Below are positions 14,590 through 27,796 of a stretch of DNA of 64,000 nucleotides, piece by piece. The notes under the pieces are model-generated. The model made no database searches. It was not told the DNA's origin and was given only the letters and a program-made list of their open reading frames with translations. The DNA lies in NCBI GenBank assembly GCA_012295275.1, contig CM022674.1, positions 62,001 to 126,000 on the forward strand, written 5' to 3'. The position numbers were made by a program, and so were the translations under genes. The first letter of the stretch is position 1; each line of letters starts with the position of its first letter. The DNA is from Chrysomallon squamiferum (lineage: Eukaryota; Animalia; Mollusca).

Positions 14590-15316
14590 AATTTAAACCT
14601 GTGTTCCAGATGTTCTAACAGACCTCAAGTTACCAGTTCTGAAATGGCCCTTGATCTGATCTCATCTGAAATGTGAATTATGAAATGCAGATATCTGTAT
14701 ACAGTATCTGTATATTACTGTACCCACACCCGCTAATTATCTCAGACTGTGTACATTGCACATGAAGTGTATGATTGATATCTGTTGGATACAGCAGATG
14801 TTCATGACTAACACAGTTGTATTCTGACTGTCAGAGTCATAGAAGGTTCTTGATGTGAAATGTGAGTTTTGAAAAACATCATCAAATAAACTTGTCCAAT
14901 TTTATATGGCTTACTGCTAACTGATTATTTTAGCTGATAACACTTTTATTTATAAATAAGTTTTCATTCTGATAATTACACTAAATTAAATACCTTTCAA
15001 GCGCATGAAAAATGTATGTATAAATTGTTTTATATTTTGTTTGTGGTTTACTCTGACTTTCATGTTATACAGGAACATTTTTATGTAAAAAAAATTTCAT
15101 TTTATTTTATCTTACATATCAGTAAACATATAATGGTAACGAGAAATATTTTGTTTTCTGCAGTTAAAATAATCAAAATTGAACATCAGCTAAATATTGT
15201 TTATATAAAATATTTTTTTTTTTTTAATAATGATACAGTTTGAATAGACTATAGTTTTAAAAATAATCATCTTTTTTCTTTTTATTTAACATTAGTTTCT
15301 GATCAACAGTATTTAC

Positions 15317-15484
15317 TTTAATATAGCGGGACAAAAGAAACAATAATAAATAATATTAACAATTACAGAGAAATGCGTACACATTTTGCATACACTAATA
15401 TTTAATATAGCGGGACAAAAGAAACAATAATAAATAATATTAACCATTAGAGAGAAATGTGTACACATTTTGCATACACTAATA
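15317..15484. repeat. 84-bp direct tandem duplication (2 copies)
   Basis: tttaatatagcgggacaaaagaaacaataataaataatattaac...cacattttgcatacactaata at 15317 and 15401, with few mismatches. Confidence 0.9.
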
Positions 15485-16283
15485 ACAGAAGTACATGGCA
15501 GTAATTGACTGTAAATTACATGAAAATTAACGTCATAAATTAATTTGTTTGTTTGCTGAAGGCTCAGAGTGCTTGATTTTTTAAATTCAGGTTAGTTAAT
15601 TCCTTACCCTAAATCACTGGCAATACACTCACTTTTTGAAGTTTAAACTTGTATGTATGTAATGAAACTGCTCAACAAATACAGATTAAATAATTATACA
15701 AGTTACACAAACACAAAAATGTGATTTTAATACTTTTTTTTTTTTTTTTTTTTTTTTTTTAGATCTCTAATCATATATATTTTGTACATACAGCTCCTTT
15801 CTTTTCTGCTTTGCAAATTTTCAGAGTATTATTTTGGAACTGTTTTGGTGTATTTGTTCATATGAGGATTACTTTGAAAATGAACATGGCGTTATGTTGA
15901 ACACATGCAGTGCTGTAGATAAATGTCTAACTGAATGTTGTGTAATGATCCTTCAGTAAGTCAGTTATCACTTTTCCTTACAACATCAGTTAACTGATAC
16001 CTGCAATTAGTCAGTCTGTAACAGAAACTCTTTATCTATATACAACTGAAGTGCTACAGCGTTTACAAACATTATGCAGCACTGCACTTGATGATGATAC
16101 ACCACACTATACTATACTACACTAACTATATACCACTATACACATACATGCACACACATGCAAAGCATACTTTTTTTTCTTCTTTTTAAAAAAAATATTA
16201 GTGTTGTTCTGTTTTTTACTAATACAGTGCTATTAAACTTTAAAATTTACTCATTATACAGTTTTATGTTTGTTAATTATTTT

Positions 16284-16327
<44 letters not shown>

Positions 16328-18293
16328 ATTGTTGTACCTAAATTACTGATGAGTGCATGTTACCAACCGTGTTGGTAAATCATTACAACATCAGTTCTCA
16401 GAGATAATTGATGTTTCTAATTAATCACAGCTGTCTAGCATACACTTCATTTACACAGCCTTAACATTTTCTAAATAATCATTCTACTTGTTTACTTGCT
16501 CTGTTATAATAATAATTCTTTTATATATATTTTTATAGTATTTATTTACACGTGCAAAATAATTTGAGAATTTTAAAAGTGATTGTTAAAAGCAATGTCA
16601 CTTTCAACTGTCATGTATATTTTCTTACCTTTATATATATTTCTTACTTGAATTATTAATTCAGTTTATTTATACATTTAATACATTAATTATATTAAAT
16701 ACTGCACATTTACAAAGCAAAACAGTTTTAGAAATTTGAAAATAAAGTTAAATTACCAAATTTAAATAATAAGAGATAGTGTGTTTTCTTGTCTTCTTTT
16801 TGTTTTCTTCCTCTTCAGAATATTTAAACCTTAAATTTAACTCAAAATTTAAAAAACAAATTAAGGAGAAAATGTGCTCTTAACTTTCTCTTTCCATAAT
16901 TATTTTTTATTATTTATATAATTACTGTTTGAAGTTTTTTTATTCAACTATTTTTGGGTTTATCAACTTAATGTTACTTGTATCCATTTTGTGTATTTGT
17001 AAGACCTGTAGAATATTTGCATAAAGAAAAAATTGTCATATATGTTGAAATATATGTGATCAAAATAATAATAAGAAGAAGAAGAAGAAGAAAAGAAAAA
17101 GAAGAAGATAAAATATTATCTACAAGCAGTTCTTTGTTTACACTTTTTAAAATTATTATTATTATTATTTTTTTTTTTTTTTTTTTTTCCATCCCATCTA
17201 TAGAGTTCTTGTTGCAGAATGAATCTAAATAACTATTTTGTTTGTTTTCTTTGAGCGAGAAATCTGTTCCTTTATGAAATATGTTTATATAGTTTTTAAA
17301 ACTTCTGTTATTTTCAAATTTCTTGTTTTTACTCTCTTTTTTATTTTTATTTTTATTTATTTTTTACTGCTAACAGTTCATTTTGCAAGCTGTTATCATA
17401 TTTTTTTATTTTTGTTTTTCCTGTTGTTGCTGTGCTGCAGGAGAAAATAAATACTTACTTAGTTACCTGCTTTAAATTAGATGATTTTAACAGTCCTACA
17501 CTTTTGTTTTTTTCTCCCTGCTAACCATAGTGAGTTAGAATTAGAGATTGTTGAAAGAAAAGCTATAATTATCAGTGCATTGACATCTTGTAATATTTTA
17601 TCTTTTTCCTTTTCTTATATGGTTCTGTCCTTTACTAATTTGAAAAAGAAAAAGAAGAAAGAAAGTATGAAAGGAAGAAAAGAAAAGAAACATGTATTTG
17701 AAAAAAAGAAGAAAGTAATACATAATTCTCTTTCAGTCCTTACTCAAGAATTTTTGGTAATTAGAAAACCAGATAGGTCATTTCATTTGTTTGTTTTTTC
17801 ACTCTATTCATATAATATGAATTAACAGGTTTTTTTTATTTATTTTTATTTTTTACAAAGCAAAAGAAAAAAGGAAAAGAAAATTGTCATGTCTTGTTGT
17901 ATGAGACAATTATTCTGTGTAGAAAACCTAGTTAGCTAGTTGTCCCAGTTTTGATCTTTAATATCTTATCTGCTTTTTCAGCTTTTATTATTAATATTTT
18001 TTACACTCTTTGATTATCATTCAGGTCATTTATTTCTTAATTTTTTTTTTCTCTGTTGTTTTGAAAACTATGATTCTCTTCATGGTATCAATCAATTTTT
18101 ACTAATTTTAATGTGTAGCCAGCAGTGTCTTTTTGTTCTTAGAGTAAAGAAAAATAACTCCCAAAAACAAATTATAACAAAAAACAAAAACAAAACAAAA
18201 ACAAGAGAAAACAAGAATAATGAATAAATAAAATAGAATAATTAATAGTAAATGCATTTTTAAAAACAAGAAAGAAAGAAAGAAACATTAACA

Positions 18294-18580
18294 TCAGTTT
18301 ATGCTAATGTGAAAGCTGGTTTGATTTCATACAATATCCAGAGGTTTTTATGTAAAAAGAAATGAGATAAATAGTAGTAAAGAAAGAAAGAAAAACATAA
18401 ACAAATAGAAGATATAATTCCTTTAGCCTTGGTATTCATGTCAGTTTTATGCTAAATTGAAAACCGAATTGCCTATCTACCACATATCTCATGAAGTGTC
18501 CTGTTTGTCTTTGAAAAAAGAACAGACTATATAACCTGTGGTCTCAGTATTGCCCATCAGTTTATGCTAATTTGAAAACC
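18294..18580 (+). promoter_or_regulatory. Three copies of TCAGTTT(T)ATGCTAA.T.TGAAA upstream of a putative promoter
   Basis: Copies at about 18294, 18441 and 18557 with unrelated spacers; an octamer-like ATGCTAAT/ATGCTAAA core; a CpG-containing segment follows at about 18650-18760. Confidence 0.35.
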
Positions 18581-19542
18581 AGCTAGCAAGCCTGGTCTCT
18601 GTAACATGATGTTTCCTGTGGAGAATGTCTCTTACAGCCAGCCTCTGCCAGTTTCGATGCTCCTGCTTATGCAGCAGACGTGAATTCAAAAGCAGAACTG
18701 AAAGCAGACGGCTCAGTTAGAAAGCGTGCAGTTTCGGAGGGAAATACATCTTTGTGCTCGAGATATGGAGAATTTCTTTGTGTTCACTGCTGTTATGGAT
18801 TAGATTTTTATAAACAAGAAGATTAGATAAATTTTTCATTCACTAGGGTGGATTTATTTTCGGGTTTGGAAGATACTGTTAGCTCAGATTCTTTGTTTGA
18901 AATCTCTCTTTGTGTATATTATCAGTGGTCTTTATTTATTTTTGTTCTTGGTTATGTAAATTCATTAATATGCAGTTAGTAACTGGAGTTTACTTAATTT
19001 TGTGATTTCATTATATTATTTTTAAAATTAACTTTATTCTCAGAAATTAAATAATTTAAAAAAGGAATCATTTTAATGTTTTTCCTGCTTTGTAAATCTC
19101 GTTTATTAAGAATGACATCTTTAGTGTTTCCTAATTAAAGAGATTTAGCAATATTCTGGAAATGATCTTCCTGGTGAAGCTTTACAGCACTGTGTGTGTT
19201 CCTATTTCATTCTGAAACTAACAGCTTTTACTTTTTACTTTACTATTAAAAACAGTTTCAGTATTTTTTATAAACAGTGTTGTGTGTGTGTATTTAGTTC
19301 GTGATAACATAAACAAATCAGAATATTAATAAAACTTCTATTGAAAATATTGTAATTTGGATGTTTCAGTATCAAAAATTTAATAAGGTGCATATTCAGT
19401 TCTTATATATATAATTTGTCACCTTTTGTTAAAAGTTATTGTAAATCAGATTGTTGACGTGTAAATTCGTTGGAGGATAAAACAAATCTGAGCTAACAGA
19501 GTTTGAGTGTTTTGCACATTGCTAAGTGGATACCAATTAAAC

Positions 19543-19699
19543 ATGGATTTGTCTCGGCTGAGGAACATAGGACTCAGCATGCCACCAATGCCGTCAATGC
19601 CGCAGATGCCGACAATGCAGACGATGCGGAACTTGAAGATTGCTGTGTGGCTGCAGAATCGTCTTCACAGCGAGGACAGGCCTGGCAATGATGATGATG
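19543..19699 (+). CDS. Ack-like: Alternative first coding exon A (MDLSRLRNIGLSMPPMPSMPQMPTMQTMRNLKIAVWLQNRLHSEDRPGNDDD), phase 1
   Basis: ATG 19543; GC/CpG-rich coding-like island; 52 codons + G, donor ATG|GTACGT at 19700; G+AA gives Glu in frame with the SAM exon; paralogous to exon 22841. Confidence 0.7.
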
Positions 19700-21613
19700 G
19701 TACGTGACAAATAGTGGTAAACGGATTGTGTCTGATAATGTCTTACATGCTGTTCTTGCTGCATTGTTCTGCTGTTGCATTTAGCAGAATGCTGTGATTT
19801 GTGTAGAATGTGTTTTAAGTTGTGTGCGATCTAGATTATGGGAATTGTGTTTTATTTTAACTGAACAAAGAGAAGTATTTGTTGTAACCTTTCTGACAGA
19901 ATTTGTAAAACTTGTGATTATAACAATATTAAAACATATTCAGTTATTTATATGTTCAGAAAACTTCAGTTAATATTTGTTTAGACAACTGAATGTGTTT
20001 TTTAAATGCTGTATGATTTTAAAAAAATCAAAAATCAAATAATAAGTAAATAGATCATTTCCTTTCAGTGTCTGGAAGAATTGAAGATAATGTAGTCTTA
20101 ATTATAACTGAAAATTTGTAAATATTCACATCCTTGTTACTGACTTCAGTACTTGTAGGTACAGTGATTTGTAATTCTGTTTATTAAAACACACGCACAC
20201 ACGCATGTGCACACACACTCATTCCTACATTTACATTTCATTCAAACATAAACTTCAGTGTCCTTCTCACATGCTCATTCCCAAGGTTACTAAACCTTGA
20301 AAACTAGTTGTATGATGTGAACTCTATAATTAAAACTAATAGAATTTAGAAACGTCTGTGATAGGCGTTAGCTCAGGGGTATGTGTCCTGACTGTGGCTT
20401 GATGGAGTACTGTTTTATTATTTTATTTGATTTACTAATAGGAATTGCCAGATCAGTTGTTACTTCTATCATCAGATACTGCTTACTGAACAGAATTTCA
20501 TTAAATTTTAGTAACAGTTACTTCTGTTAGCATTCTTACAGAACAAATGCAAGAACAATCAGCTGCTAATACATTTATCTCTCCAGTGATGTGTTTTTGA
20601 AAGTTAACACAAAATAAAAACATTTCATTTCACACAGTTCTATTTATATTTAAGTTTTACCTGTCTTAGCTCATTATCATTATTTTTTATCTTTTTATTT
20701 ATTTATTTATTTATTATTTGTCTTGGTAAAATAGTGCTTTTTTCTAAGTTTTTTGTTTTTGCTTTTTGAGAGATGGCCTTAATTGTTTTTAACTTATGAT
20801 TACCTGTGGATTTACATGTACTGGTATGTGTCTCAAGATACAAAAATAGTTACAGAAATGTGTGTGCTATCTTTTCTGATATGGAGTGCTCTTTTGCATT
20901 TTCTGTACATACAGGCATGCACGATGATGTATTTTCTATACATCATTTCCATCTTTCTTTGCTCTTCCTGTCTACTGATTGGCTAAGGTTAGCTAGGCTA
21001 CAGTGATATGCCATGCATGAGTTAGGTTTATGAGGCCTAGAGGTGCAAACCATTTGCTATCAACCAACTAAAGATAAAGACATGGTATTAGATACTCATT
21101 CATAATATACACAGTGTATATCACATACTTGTAATATGAGGTTATCACACACCTGGTGTGCTGTAATGTTTACATTTTACACACTCTGCCAGATAATGAT
21201 ATCGTTTGCTTGAGAGAAAAAAAAAAATATTTTAATTAAAATCTGGTCATACTTTTGGGAAACATGGAACTCCACATGATCAACCCACCTCTGTGGCATA
21301 TATTGTAATATATGGTTTCCTGCCAGTGGGTCAGTGCAAATAAACCCTTCCTTTCAGCTAACTGAAAAAACAACTTATATATATGTCTGATGTACAAACT
21401 CACTCTATTTTTCCCCATTTTGCTTCTTAATGTAGCTGTTCCTGAACTGTTGGCATTTCAGTTTCCAAGGCTGTGGTATATCTTTTCCTGTCTATAAGAT
21501 GGTGTATTTAGAAAAAGGTTTTGCTGTAATCGGTATCTATATATCATTAATAACTTATTGTTAACAAATTGTTAAAAGATGAACTATAATAAATTAATTT
21601 TTTTTATTGTTCA

Positions 21614-21662
<49 letters not shown>

Positions 21663-22840
21663 CATTTACTATCATTTTTGCTACCTAATAATAAATTATT
21701 TTGCACATAATACAGATTAGAAAATGTTTGACACTTGAAAAATGTACCAGTTTTGTGCAAAATACTAAAGAAATTTGTATATTTGGTTCTGTAACCTTTT
21801 TTTGCCTAAGATTAACTCAGCTTTATTTAAATGTTTGAAGCCATACTTTTAGCATATACCTTACATAGTTTCTTTCTTTAACATTGCTATTCTAATCTCA
21901 GCACATTTTTATGAGGCCAGCCTGGATTTACTTAATTTTAATCTATTTTGAATTCAAAGTAGTAGTGGGAAATGTCAAAATGGCTGTTATATTTGTTTAC
22001 ACTTTTTTATTTTATTATTTTATTTAAATTGTTTAGAACTCACTGAACGTGTGTGGGCCAGAATGTCATCTGTTTGGGATTTATAGATTTTCACATTCCT
22101 AATATTTTCTTATTTTCATCGTTGTAGAACTGTTAAATAAATGTTTATTGGATCAGAGTACACAACTACAGCGTAACAACAACAACAACAGCAATGACTA
22201 ATAACATTAGTAAATAATGCATTTTATCAGTGTTTCTCGAGATTCTTTTTCTTTCTCACCAAAAATGAAATAGATATTATTATTATTATTATTTAACATA
22301 TATATTCCAAATGTTGCTTTTTGCTTTTTTTTTTTGCTGCTTGTGAGTGAAATGTCAGTTCACATGTTTAAAGCATGTACAAGTATTACATTATCATATG
22401 ACTGACTGAATGAAAGGTCAACTGATTTAAAAAAAAGAAAAAAAAAAAAAAAAAATTCTCCCTCACCATAAAAGCACTACCACAAGTAAACACAACACAA
22501 CTGCCTGGCTGATGATTACAACAATGACAGTGTTGATTTGTTAGTCAAACACTTTAAACTGAGTTGCATTGGTGCAGTTGACATCAGTGATTGACATTTT
22601 CATTACCCCAGGCTAAGAAAATTTCTTTTTTTATGACCCAGGTTGGCAGGTTTTGCTTACTGTATCCAGTGTAGCCTGTCAATAGGTCAACTGCTGGACC
22701 GTGTGAGGGTCGGATTGGTATTAAGTGTGTGTGCGATCAGAATGTTGTGACTTGGTATCAAGAGACTGTTGCATACAGATGTTGTATATTGGTGATCAAT
22801 TCTGTACAGATAGGTAAAAGTGATTCACATTGTATGTAAG

Positions 22841-22949
22841 ATGGCGTTCACAAGATTGAGAAAGTTGTCTCGAAGTTTGTCGTCGTTGTCAGACTTGAAA
22901 CATAAAGCATGGGTGATACCCAAAAGACTACACAGTTCTGATGATGCAG
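22841..22949 (+). CDS. Ack-like: Alternative first coding exon B (MAFTRLRKLSRSLSSLSDLKHKAWVIPKRLHSSDDA), phase 1
   Basis: aagATGG good Kozak context; 36 codons + G, donor CAG|GTATGT at 22950; same phase as exon A and shares the RLR...LK..W...RLHS..DD pattern. Confidence 0.7.
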
Positions 22950-25900
22950 GTATGTAGATTTGATTTCATATTTTTGTGGGTTTTTGTTGTTGTTGTTTTT
23001 TGCAAATTTTCATCATAATGCAATCAGTATAATGTCATTTTAGAATGATTCATCATTTTGAAATAGATGTAGGTATGATGCACACCCTGAATGTAACATG
23101 TTTAAGTTTTACTTGGTTTTACTGTTGTTTTCACCTCAGGGTACAAGTTTTGCCTATGGCTTTTTACAGGATTGTTCATATACTGTTCATGTAATTGCAA
23201 TTAACTTTCAGCTAGGCTTTGATATCTTGTCTAGCACTGTGTATGAATTTTCCCGACTAAGGGAAGATGTATATAAAATATCCAGTGGTTTCTGTTCAGT
23301 ACTAACAGTAATAGTAGTCCATGTAGTGACATTCAACATTCATGTCATAACCAGTGCACAACAAAACAGATAATTAATAACTGTTAACCTCTTTAGAACC
23401 GTTAATGATTGTTTAGTACTAATAATTGTTACTTCTCCTGTATTACTACAGTGGTCACATTACACAGAGCTGCAACACACTGTGATGCTTTGTGTCATGT
23501 TCCTCACTGAGTTTGAAGTCGTGTCTACACTGAAAAATATTAATATTGATGTATTTTTTGGTTAATATCATTTATTTATTCATTCTTATCTTCATTTTAT
23601 TTTATTTTTTATTTTTTTTATATGAAATTGCAATTGGTATTCTATGAATGTTTAGTTTAAGGATATGGTCACAATTATATTTACACATCTTGTTACTGCT
23701 ACTAGAAGTGTTTGCAGTATATCCATAATTTATTTAAATAAGCTTTTCTAATGCATGGTGTTTCCATAAAATTTTGTATAGTGTGCTTCATTAAGTGGAT
23801 AATTATTGATTTTATCCAAATAGGAAATTACAGACAGTTAATTAATCATTCCAGTAAGCGGTGTAGGAAGTGATACTTCTCTGGTGATAGTAAAATTGTA
23901 GATTACTATTATGTTAAATACCTACAGCTTATATTTCTAAATTTTCTGTAAGTATCTTCATTACAGAAAACTGTTAAATTACAGTGGTTGATCTAGGAAT
24001 TCAGAAATTGCTGCACTGTTCTTTGTGATGGAATAACTAATGTACAATTTAAAAAAAAAAAAAATTAGGCCAGTAAAAAAATAGATTTGAATATGAATTC
24101 CCAGATCCTTTCAGTAACTGTTTTATTATTTACTGAACTTCAGAATTTAATTTTTAATAGCCATTTTCAGTTTTAAATGTAAATGATGGCTCCAAGTAAG
24201 TTCATAAATGCATGAAGCAGAACAGATTTTTTTTTAAATTGATGCTATCACAACATAGGATATATAGAGAACAGAAAAACAAAAATTGTGTTGGTTCCAG
24301 TTCATTGATTTTCCATAAATTATATATACTATCTAACTAATACAGACATCATGTGGCTTGTTATTTGAAGTAAGTAATAACCATGCTTTATGAAGAAAAA
24401 TAGGAGACACGTTTGGTATGACAGGTATGAAGTCACTGAAGTATGTTGTGAAGCCATGAAACACTTACTAAAACATGGTTTGAAGTCTTTATTAAATTAC
24501 TAAAGCAGTGGCTGTTATATGTGTAAAGTGGATGACGAGAAAAAAAGTTGTTAATACAATTTACTTTATTCATTACTGTAGATAATAACATTCCTTGAAT
24601 GACTAATGTCTAGCATAGGAAGGCTAGGTACTAATATACTAAAATTGCTATAATTCAGCAAATACACCTACAGAGAGCAGTATATCAATCTGTAAAGCCA
24701 AAAGTGAAATGAGTTAAATACAGTATGTGGGAGGGTGTGTGTTGTAAAGCATGATAAGTATAATAACAGTTGTTAGTCTAGAGATCATCTGTGTAAACAA
24801 TGCCATTTGTGATCAGTGTAACATTAACTATGTGTACTAACTTGTATCAGCTTCATTAAAATAAATTACTGAAGTAACTGGGGAAAAAAAAAATCATAAT
24901 AATAATTAAATATAATAAATAAAATAATCATTCTTTGCTTCATGTATTTTAATAAGAATTTAATCTGATTATTCAGTGCAACATGTGGTAGATTAATGAA
25001 CTTCCTTGTAATAAACACTGATAGATTAATATATCAGCTTAAAAATCGTATCATATATGGTAACAATCTTCAAATAACTACTTTTTAAATCTTTTTTTAT
25101 ATATATATTTTTTGGACTAATACTGATATTTGAGTACAGCTAGCTGTTCACTAAACTAGTTAAACGTTAGTGAAATGTTAGTGAAAGGTCCCAGACACTG
25201 AATTTATCAACCATATATCGCAACAGAAAAAAATATAAGCTGTTATTACTCAGTCACTGTTTCCTTTATTCATTATGGTTAATGGCCATATATAATTTAA
25301 TTTTCACCTTGTTGACATCACTAGTTCATTTTATCATGAGTAACCATCAGTAACCAATATATCTTCATTTTCTGCTTTTATATACACTTCATTGTTATGA
25401 TTATAAAGAGAACAAATGTTCATTAGTTCTGCATCTCTTTATAACCAACATTCTAAACAGTTTTATATTTCATAGTATACATTTTATCATTTAATTTAAT
25501 TATTTCATAACATGGTAATCATTTAAATGATTACATTATAAATTAAATTTAAAAAAAGAAAAATAAATAAATGAAATTAATTATGTTGCATAATTCAGTT
25601 TGCTCTCAGAAAATGAATATTGTAATTGACTAATGCAAGTCACTGTGTATTTTATTAATAAAATAAAAGTGGAGTTGAAAATTAAATTACTGCTGCCCAT
25701 TAACTATGCTGTTTAAAGAGAAGATAGATTACATTACTTCAAAAAGAAAAGAGGAAACTGTGCTTACAGAAACAAAACATTTACTGACTGCAACTATGAC
25801 TTGTTTTCTTCACTAATTAAAAATATCTGCTAATGTTACATTATACCTCCACACTTCAGTACCTGAAACAGAACATAATTTATTACTGTTTTTCACGTGA

Positions 25901-26252
25901 CTTGATTCAACTAAAGGTACACAAAGTGGCCAGTGTTTTTTAAAGTTTCTGTTCATATTTATAGTTAGTTAATAAAGTGTTCTTTAAAGAGTCTTTAAAG
26001 ATGATAAATTCTCGCTGTTTATAATTACTTATAAAGTTTTGCATTACAAAGTAGTCATGTAATGATAGCTGGATATTCTGAGCGTCCATTTGTTCAGTAC
26101 AATTACTCCAGACACTAATTCACATTACACAATCAAAATAATTCCATTAAACTTGTAAAAGAACCAAAATTATTCTAGAAAATGGAACTGAAAAACTATA
26201 ACTGAGAATTTCCAACAAAGAAACTGTTATTTCTAACGTTTGTCTCTCACAG

Positions 26253-26274
26253 ATGACTTTGTGTATCATTGATG
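26253..26274 (+). CDS. Candidate 22-nt micro-exon (MTLCIID), phase-1 exit
   Basis: Branch-like CTAAC + pyrimidine tract + CAG| immediately before ATG; donor ATG|GTAAAC at 26275; in frame with the SAM exon. Confidence 0.3.
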
Positions 26275-27758
26275 GTAAACAGTCACCTGTTTATAGACTT
26301 GTTGTGTTTAGTATTGTCACCATGTTTTTATTCTGTCATCAGTATCTATCAGAGATCAGAAATGTGTCCACTGCATGTGAAATATGTTTATGTTTAATCA
26401 CAGTGAGTCCAGTATGCATTGTATATGTACATGTATGTCAGAAGTAACTGAGAACACACTAGATCTTAAAGGTGAACTTTCTAAAAAAGTTATTTTTTTT
26501 CTTTTGTGGTATCTGTTTCTGCGTTCATCTGTAGAGTGTGTGTATGTGTCTGCATGTGCATGCATTCATACATTCATGCTTGTGAGAGTGAGTTCATGTT
26601 TGTGTTCTCAGTGATGGTATCCATGACCTTTGTTTTGTCATTCTGTGTTTGGTGTATGAATGCTTTATATTAATTTTAATTACCAGCACTTTATTCTATT
26701 AATTAATCTGTTAAACATCTCATGAAGGGTATGGTGTATTAGTCTCACTAATCTGTTTGGATAGCTTGTAACTTTAAATCAAAATAACTGAATTGTAACA
26801 GATTTTTAGGATAATCCAATGTTCAAAACAAAATTCTTCTTTTTGTTCTAATCACATTTGTATCTGGGAAGTGGTTCTATAAAAATAATAAATTTGGAAA
26901 AATTTCCTGCTCACTTCTATATTAGTTTTACCATTATTTAACAATTAAAAAACCCCCAACAAAACTATCTTTTATTTATTTTCTTAATGTTTTTAAAAGC
27001 AATAATACCATAATTTGAAAAAGTATATGCATTTAAGAAAGAAAGAAAAAAAAAAAAACATCACACTTTTGAAATGAGTATTTGAAATACTGTTACCTAT
27101 TTTGAAAGTTACTTGAAAACCCCTTATTCTGTCCCAATTTCAGATGTTTAAAATAAGCATATTCCTTACTTCTGTGAGATTAAAAAACCCCAGTAATAAA
27201 AAAATAAATAAATAAATAAAATAAAATAAAATAAAATAAAATAAAATAAAATAAAACAAAATAAAATAAAACAAAAAGTGAAATGAGTGTCCTAGAAACC
27301 TATTTATAGCAAGTGAAAGGTGCATTCTTTATATCATACATCTGCCTTGAAATACAATATAACATTTTGAAACTGTTTGCCAGTTTTGTTTTTTTTCTTT
27401 TTGTTTTCTGCATAGTGGGCTGACAAGATTGAATTACATAACTTTGGAATTTGCACTGTAACTTGGGTTTTTGATAGAATTACTTTGAATTCTGAGTCAC
27501 TATTTCCATGTGGTTGACAGCTGATTAAACAACATTAAATAAATACAAAATACCTGTTCAAAATACCAATCTGTGAATTTAGATTACTCATAAAGTGAAC
27601 AGAACAAGCTTGCTACATATATAATTAGTTATATTATTTATATATATATATAAATCTTGTTCAGATGCCAGGTATATATAATCAGATTTGTGGCAAAGTG
27701 AAGATAATTCTTAAGAAATTCTGATTTAAATTATTAGTCTTTGTAACTTCTTGTTGTT

Positions 27759-27796
<38 letters not shown>

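Noticed and set aside
24418-24430. ATG ACA G|GTATGA phase-1 mini exon
   Set aside because: Too short to distinguish from chance.
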